IMG/VR virus record: IMGVR_UViG_2531839459_000011
From: an uncultured virus (IMG/VR IMGVR_UViG_2531839459_000011)
Lineage: Duplodnaviria > Heunggongvirae > Uroviricota > Caudoviricetes
Length of the DNA: 20,000 bases
Reading direction: 5' to 3' (one strand)
Positions 16,798-20,000 of the stretch are shown here, piece by piece (position 1 is the first letter of the stretch; every line of letters starts with the position of its first letter). The position numbers were made by a program, and so were the translations under genes. A model generated the notes under the pieces. That model did no database searches. It was not told the DNA's origin and saw only the letters and a program-made list of their open reading frames with translations.

Positions 16798-17022
16798 ATG
16801 AACTACGCAGATATGTATGTACAGGGTGCACTGCCAAAGATTGAGGCAGACATTGCACAAAACGGAGTATGTACTCTTTATTCAAAGATGACTTTAAATG
16901 AAGAAACAACAACGGCCATTTCAGATCTACTTCGTGAAAAAGGCTTCAATACGGAAGTATCAATTGAAGATGATCCCGATTTTATTGGTAGTCGATATAA
17001 GCTTGTAATTAAAAAAGCGTAA
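16798..17022 (+). CDS. Hypothetical protein (74 aa) coupled to the tailspike gene
   Basis: ATG 1 nt after the tailspike stop; AGGA RBS; followed by a terminator. Confidence 0.75.
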   Translation: MNYADMYVQGALPKIEADIAQNGVCTLYSKMTLNEETTTAISDLLREKGFNTEVSIEDDPDFIGSRYKLVIKKA

Positions 17023-17041
17023 CTACATAGAAAAACCTTAC

Positions 17042-17074
17042 AAGCCCTAGCTTTTAATAAGTTAGGGCTTTTTT
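17042..17074 (+). terminator. Intergenic intrinsic terminator before the lysis cassette
   Basis: AAGCCCTAGCTT-TTAAT-AAGTTAGGGCTT (one G.U) with T6. Confidence 0.85.
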
Positions 17075-17096
17075 ATTGCCGAAATTAGGGGGCTGC

Positions 17097-17363
17097 ATGG
17101 CAGACAATCAGCAAATTATAGATACATCGACCGCTTTGGCGGCCAGTAAGGGTGCAACATACGGGGGAAGTGTGGCAGGAGCAGTTTCGGCGTGGATCGG
17201 GTCAATCGATTTAGCATTTTGGGTCAGTATCATCATTGGTTTAGCTGGTTTTTTAATGAACTGGTACTACGCCAGAAAGAAAAATAAGCGCGATGAAATT
17301 GCACTTAAAGCCTATTTAGAAAGCTTGGAAAATAAAGGTGACTGTAATGTCAAGCAAGACTAA
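17097..17363 (+). CDS. Holin (possible pinholin)
   Basis: 88 aa from ATG 17097 (RBS AGGGGG); a weakly hydrophobic Gly/Ala segment, a strong TM segment LAFWVSIIIGLAGFLMNWYY and a basic tail; precedes the endolysin. Confidence 0.85.
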   Translation: MADNQQIIDTSTALAASKGATYGGSVAGAVSAWIGSIDLAFWVSIIIGLAGFLMNWYYARKKNKRDEIALKAYLESLENKGDCNVKQD

Positions 17364-17856
17364 ATATATTGCAGCAGTCTTAGCAGCTTCGGCTGCTTTT
17401 TTTGTGGGCGTAAAAAACGATGAAGGGTTTACATCAAAGCCAGTAATTCCCGTTAAAGGGGATCGGCCAACACAGGGCCATGGTTCTACATTTAAACCCG
17501 ATGGCTCACCAGTAAAAATGACAGATCCACCAATTACACGTGCGACCGCAGATAAGTGGTTGCGAAATGATGTGGCCAAGCGTGAAGTCGCGTTTAAAGA
17601 TTCATTGAAGGGCGTGAAATTATCACAAACTGAATATGACCTATACCTTGATTTCACGTATCAATACGGTGTGCCAACATTCGCAAAATCATCAATGCTT
17701 AAGCATTTAAAGGCTGGTCAATATAAAGCAGCTTGCGACTCTTTACTTAAATATAAGTACGTTGCAAAGCGCGATTGCTCTGTTCGTAAAAACGGGTGTT
17801 ATGGCGTCTGGACCAGACAAGTAGAACGACACGCAAAATGTATAGGAGCGCAGTGA
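17347..17856 (+). CDS. Endolysin, GH24 lysozyme with SAR-like N-terminus
   Basis: 'EG...PT.GHGST', 'LSQ.EYD...DFTYQYG', 'AACDSL', 'GVWTRQ'; Ala-rich N-terminal anchor directly before the putative catalytic Glu26. Confidence 0.9.
   Translation: MSSKTKYIAAVLAASAAFFVGVKNDEGFTSKPVIPVKGDRPTQGHGSTFKPDGSPVKMTDPPITRATADKWLRNDVAKREVAFKDSLKGVKLSQTEYDLYLDFTYQYGVPTFAKSSMLKHLKAGQYKAACDSLLKYKYVAKRDCSVRKNGCYGVWTRQVERHAKCIGAQ
17382..17403 (+). terminator. Intragenic intrinsic terminator in the endolysin 5' end
   Basis: AGCAGC-TTCG-GCTGCT with a C(UUCG)G tetraloop and T7 (17397-17403). Confidence 0.72.
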
Positions 17857-18224
17857 TGTGGATTGTATTTGCTGCTAAATATTGGCGAGAAATCATTATT
17901 GTGTTTCTCGCTTTTTTATTGGCCATATCTTTGGCCGTACTCAATTACAAAACTGGTCAGCTAAAAGAAGCTGAACAAAAGTGTCAATCTCAGATCCAAG
18001 AGATTGAGCGCAAGAATTTGAAAGCTCTTGCAGAAAAGCAAAATCAGATCAATAAAGTGAGCGCAGACTATGAAAAAGCTAAAGCAGAGCAAAGCACTAA
18101 AGTCGAAACAGTTACACGTGAAGTGCAAAAGATCGTGGAGCGTCCTGTTTATAAGTCTAGCTGTGTTGACGATGCTGGGATGCAGCAACTCAATGAACTC
18201 ATTAAAGCCGGTAATACCAGCTAA
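17856..18224 (+). CDS. rz: Inner-membrane spanin (Rz-like)
   Basis: ATG overlaps the endolysin stop (TGATG); N-terminal TM helix, coiled coil, and C-terminal 'ERPVYKSSC' Cys. Confidence 0.82.
   Translation: MWIVFAAKYWREIIIVFLAFLLAISLAVLNYKTGQLKEAEQKCQSQIQEIERKNLKALAEKQNQINKVSADYEKAKAEQSTKVETVTREVQKIVERPVYKSSCVDDAGMQQLNELIKAGNTS
17885..17917 (+). terminator. Intragenic terminator-like hairpin in the i-spanin 5' end
   Basis: GCGAGAAA (17885-17892) pairs with TTTCTCGC (17904-17911), followed by T6. Confidence 0.55.
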
Positions 18225-18363
18225 TCTTATTCAACCATGCCCAAATCTAAATGAATTGGCAGGAACAACTGGCAAAGACTTAATGATCTGGTCAGTTGAT
18301 ACAGTTGCAAAATATAATGACTGCAAAGCAAGACACGGTGCGCTTGTGAAGGCTCTTGAGTAA
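18118..18363 (+). CDS. rz1: Outer-membrane spanin lipoprotein (Rz1-like), overlapping Rz in another frame
   Basis: Signal MKCKRSWSVLFISLAVLTMLG-C from GTG 18118 (ATG 18070 is an alternative); 'IPANLIQPCP.L' and 'YNDCKARH..LV' o-spanin patterns. Confidence 0.8.
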   Translation: MKCKRSWSVLFISLAVLTMLGCSNSMNSLKPVIPANLIQPCPNLNELAGTTGKDLMIWSVDTVAKYNDCKARHGALVKALE

Positions 18364-18374
18364 TGACTTTTTAG

Positions 18375-18423
18375 TGTGCAATTATTTGCTCAATAATCTG
18401 GATAATTGCACATTTTGAGCAAA
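18375..18423. repeat. Two interleaved inverted repeats
   Basis: TGTGCAATTAT (18375-18385) / ATAATTGCACA (18402-18412) and TTTGCTCAA (18385-18393) / TTGAGCAAA (18415-18423). Confidence 0.75.
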
Positions 18424-18457
18424 ATTATTCTCAACTGTATTCTCTCGAGGTTTTATC

Positions 18458-18652
18458 ATGCAGCAATTAATGATTATGGTCACAGAAGTTGGAAAGCTTG
18501 AGCACACATGTAATTTGCTTGCTGAGGTAAACAAAGGCGGTAAAGTCATAAAGGTTTTCGACTACAACGGTAATCAATTACCAATCAACATTGATGGAAC
18601 CGTGACATTTAATAGACGCCGTTGGGAATTACCATCTAAAGTTGAGCTTTAG
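18458..18652 (+). CDS. Hypothetical protein (64 aa)
   Basis: GAGG RBS 7 nt before ATG; fills the gap between the lysis cassette and the integrase. Confidence 0.7.
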   Translation: MQQLMIMVTEVGKLEHTCNLLAEVNKGGKVIKVFDYNGNQLPINIDGTVTFNRRRWELPSKVEL

Positions 18653-20000
18653 CCGCCTGAACAATCAACTCATTATGATTTTTAAACTTTTTCTCTAAAT
18701 CTCGAGTGTTTTTAGGGAAATAAATTCTATTTAGAATCAACTCTTTTGCCACATCTGAAATGATGACTTTTTCAATCATATTCATTGCTTTTCGCAAATC
18801 CTCAAAACTTACTTGTACGTAGCCGTCTGTCACATCTTGACTATCATCTTCGGTTGTGTGGTTGATTAGGCGCTTAATTGTATAACTACCTATAGCCAAG
18901 CTATTGGCGATTGTACTGAAAGTACGGCGTAAATCATGAAAAGTGAACTCAATACCAGTGCTTTCAGTCACAGCTTCACGAGCATGACGTTTATCTATAA
19001 TATGCGACTTGTTCCGAAAGTCCGGAAACACATATTTCCCATCCGGATTCATCTTTCTTCTCTCTCTTAAAATATGCCACAGCATTTCCCCAACTGGTAA
19101 TAACAGTTCCTCACCATTTTTGGTATCTGTTATAAGAACAGTGCCATACTTCAAATCAATTTTTGACCACTCCAGACCCTCACCCTCATTTCGTCTAAAG
19201 CCAGTTAATACTAAAAGAAATAAAAAATCTTGATTGGTATAAGCGAGATGGTTGTCATTTTGATTTCCCGGCCAATATTGTCTGGCAACTCCCTCCGCCC
19301 AGTCATGAAGCTGTTCAGATCTAATATAGTTTTTTCTACGTTTAATTTTATTCCAAGTCTTAGTTTCGTAAATTGTTAGTACAGGGTTGGGTTCTGTAAT
19401 CAGCTTATTATTACTACTATCAACTGTGGTTTTAAGCGTGAAATTATATAGAGCAGAGAAAAATTTCATTGCCAAATTTGCCTGAGCTCTACTTCTTTCT
19501 GATAAAACTGTATGGCGATCCATAACAGCTTTACTTGTTATTTGGTTAATTTTTAAATTTTGCCAATCTTCAAAGTAATCATTTACACATCGATCATATG
19601 CATCAAGTGTTGTGGCGCTTAAGTCTTTTTTAGCCTTATAACTTTCATATGCTTCTTTAACGGTTGGTATTAGTTTTAGGTCCTGCTTTTCTGCAAGAAG
19701 CTGATTTTTACTATCTCGTTTATCTTTGTTGGGATTGATACCTTTTGAGATCATTAACAAGTATTCTTGGGCTTTTTCGCGTGCTTGCTGGACTGTCCAA
19801 ATACCATGCTTGCCGATAGTCACACGACATGTCTCACCAGTTGGTAATTTTTTTTCCGCAATATAGCTTTTAGAACTTTTCGTTACGCGTAAAGCAAACC
19901 CAGTTAATTTGTCATCCTTATAAAAAACCTGTTCACCTGCCGCCGTGAAGGGGAGTGAATCAACAAAAGATTTTGTTAAGGTTTGTTTATTAACGGACAT
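18636..20000 (-). CDS. int: Tyrosine integrase with N-terminal arm-binding domain (P4-like)
   Basis: 454 aa; N-terminal 'LTKSFVDSL...D..LTGFALRV...K.Y...RVTIG'; catalytic set R (TGFRRNE), K (TKNG), HDLRR, H (LINH), Y (TDGYV). Confidence 0.95.
   Translation of the reverse strand: MSVNKQTLTKSFVDSLPFTAAGEQVFYKDDKLTGFALRVTKSSKSYIAEKKLPTGETCRVTIGKHGIWTVQQAREKAQEYLLMISKGINPNKDKRDSKNQLLAEKQDLKLIPTVKEAYESYKAKKDLSATTLDAYDRCVNDYFEDWQNLKINQITSKAVMDRHTVLSERSRAQANLAMKFFSALYNFTLKTTVDSSNNKLITEPNPVLTIYETKTWNKIKRRKNYIRSEQLHDWAEGVARQYWPGNQNDNHLAYTNQDFLFLLVLTGFRRNEGEGLEWSKIDLKYGTVLITDTKNGEELLLPVGEMLWHILRERRKMNPDGKYVFPDFRNKSHIIDKRHAREAVTESTGIEFTFHDLRRTFSTIANSLAIGSYTIKRLINHTTEDDSQDVTDGYVQVSFEDLRKAMNMIEKVIISDVAKELILNRIYFPKNTRDLEKKFKNHNELIVQAAKAQL

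Larger units (their letters stand above)
1..20000. mobile_element. Temperate HK97-like siphophage / prophage (late region to integrase); extends beyond the window
   Basis: Uninterrupted head-tail-lysis gene order plus integrase; no frameshifted or decayed structural gene seen. Confidence 0.95.

Noticed and set aside
14760..17022. Diversity-generating retroelement or invertible tail-fibre system
   Set aside because: No reverse transcriptase, invertase, template/variable repeat pair or inverted crossover sites were seen.
18755..18775. CTGAAATGATGACTTTTTCAA resembles the Acinetobacter UmuDAb box (recalled as TTGAAAATGTAACTTTTTCAA, 16/21)
   Set aside because: It lies inside the integrase coding 3' end, away from any evident promoter; an AT-rich chance match is likely.
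1..20000. CRISPR array, tRNA, rRNA, IS element or att core
   Set aside because: No spaced repeats, cloverleaf, transposase or long direct repeat was detected by eye.

Overview
The window holds the late region and probable right end of a temperate HK97-like siphophage, most likely an Acinetobacter-type prophage (host inferred from AT-richness and protein style). Gene order on + is: terminase large subunit (3' part), portal, prohead protease, HK97-fold major capsid, head-tail joining genes, tail tube, tail chaperone G/G-T, a lipoprotein moron, tape measure protein, tail-tip genes, a beta-helix tailspike, holin, endolysin, overlapping spanins and a 64-aa ORF. A convergent P4-like tyrosine integrase follows on the minus strand. 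G-T is made by a lambda-identical GGGAAAG -1 frameshift, and the tape measure carries an internal lytic transglycosylase domain. The most notable non-obvious signal is a dense set of + strand intrinsic terminators. Four are intergenic and five are written inside coding sequences (protease, distal tail gene, NlpC/P60 gene, endolysin, i-spanin), suggesting antitermination-gated late and lysis expression. All product calls come from motif recognition and synteny; no searches were run.
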